Shown here piece after piece: positions 63,916-64,000 of a stretch of 64,000 nucleotides of DNA. Position 1 is the first letter of the stretch. Every line of letters begins with the position of its first letter. A program made the position numbers and the translations under genes. Source of the stretch: Octopus vulgaris (Eukaryota); contig OX597823.1 in the NCBI GenBank assembly GCA_951406725.2, forward strand, positions 60,698,001-60,762,000. Reading direction: 5' to 3'. Under the pieces are notes generated by a model. The model was not told where the DNA came from, made no database searches, and was given only the letters and a program-made list of their open reading frames with translations.

Positions 63916-64000
63916 TTTCATTCAAATCACTTCTTTTGAGTATCTCAATTCACTGCTTAATGTAGAAGGTGGGCAAGCTGGTAGAATCACTAGCATGCTG

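Overview
AT-rich animal genomic DNA packed with microsatellites, tRNA-derived SINEs (including a Nin/Deu-domain family), RTE, CR1 and RLE LINE fragments, Tc1/mariner relics, MITEs and non-autonomous Helitrons. The repeat repertoire looks like an octopus (coleoid cephalopod) genome; this is inferred, not searched. Almost all ORFs in the supplied track are microsatellite or transposon artefacts, and only one clean + strand coding exon was found (23051-23118). The main result is a decayed multi-exon gene on the minus strand (about 46.8-59.2 kb, possibly to 60.4 kb). Its hand-translated pieces line up in order with EVC2/limbin as I recall the human protein, and a possible EVC first-exon remnant faces the other way at about 62.3 kb. 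This suggests a fossil head-to-head EVC-EVC2 ciliary Hedgehog locus. Other highlights: minimal hammerhead ribozyme motifs (one inside a tRNA-headed SINE-like element, two in a 295-bp palindrome) and a U6 snRNA copy fused to an RTE LINE tail. All homology calls come from manual translation and memory; no database search was run.
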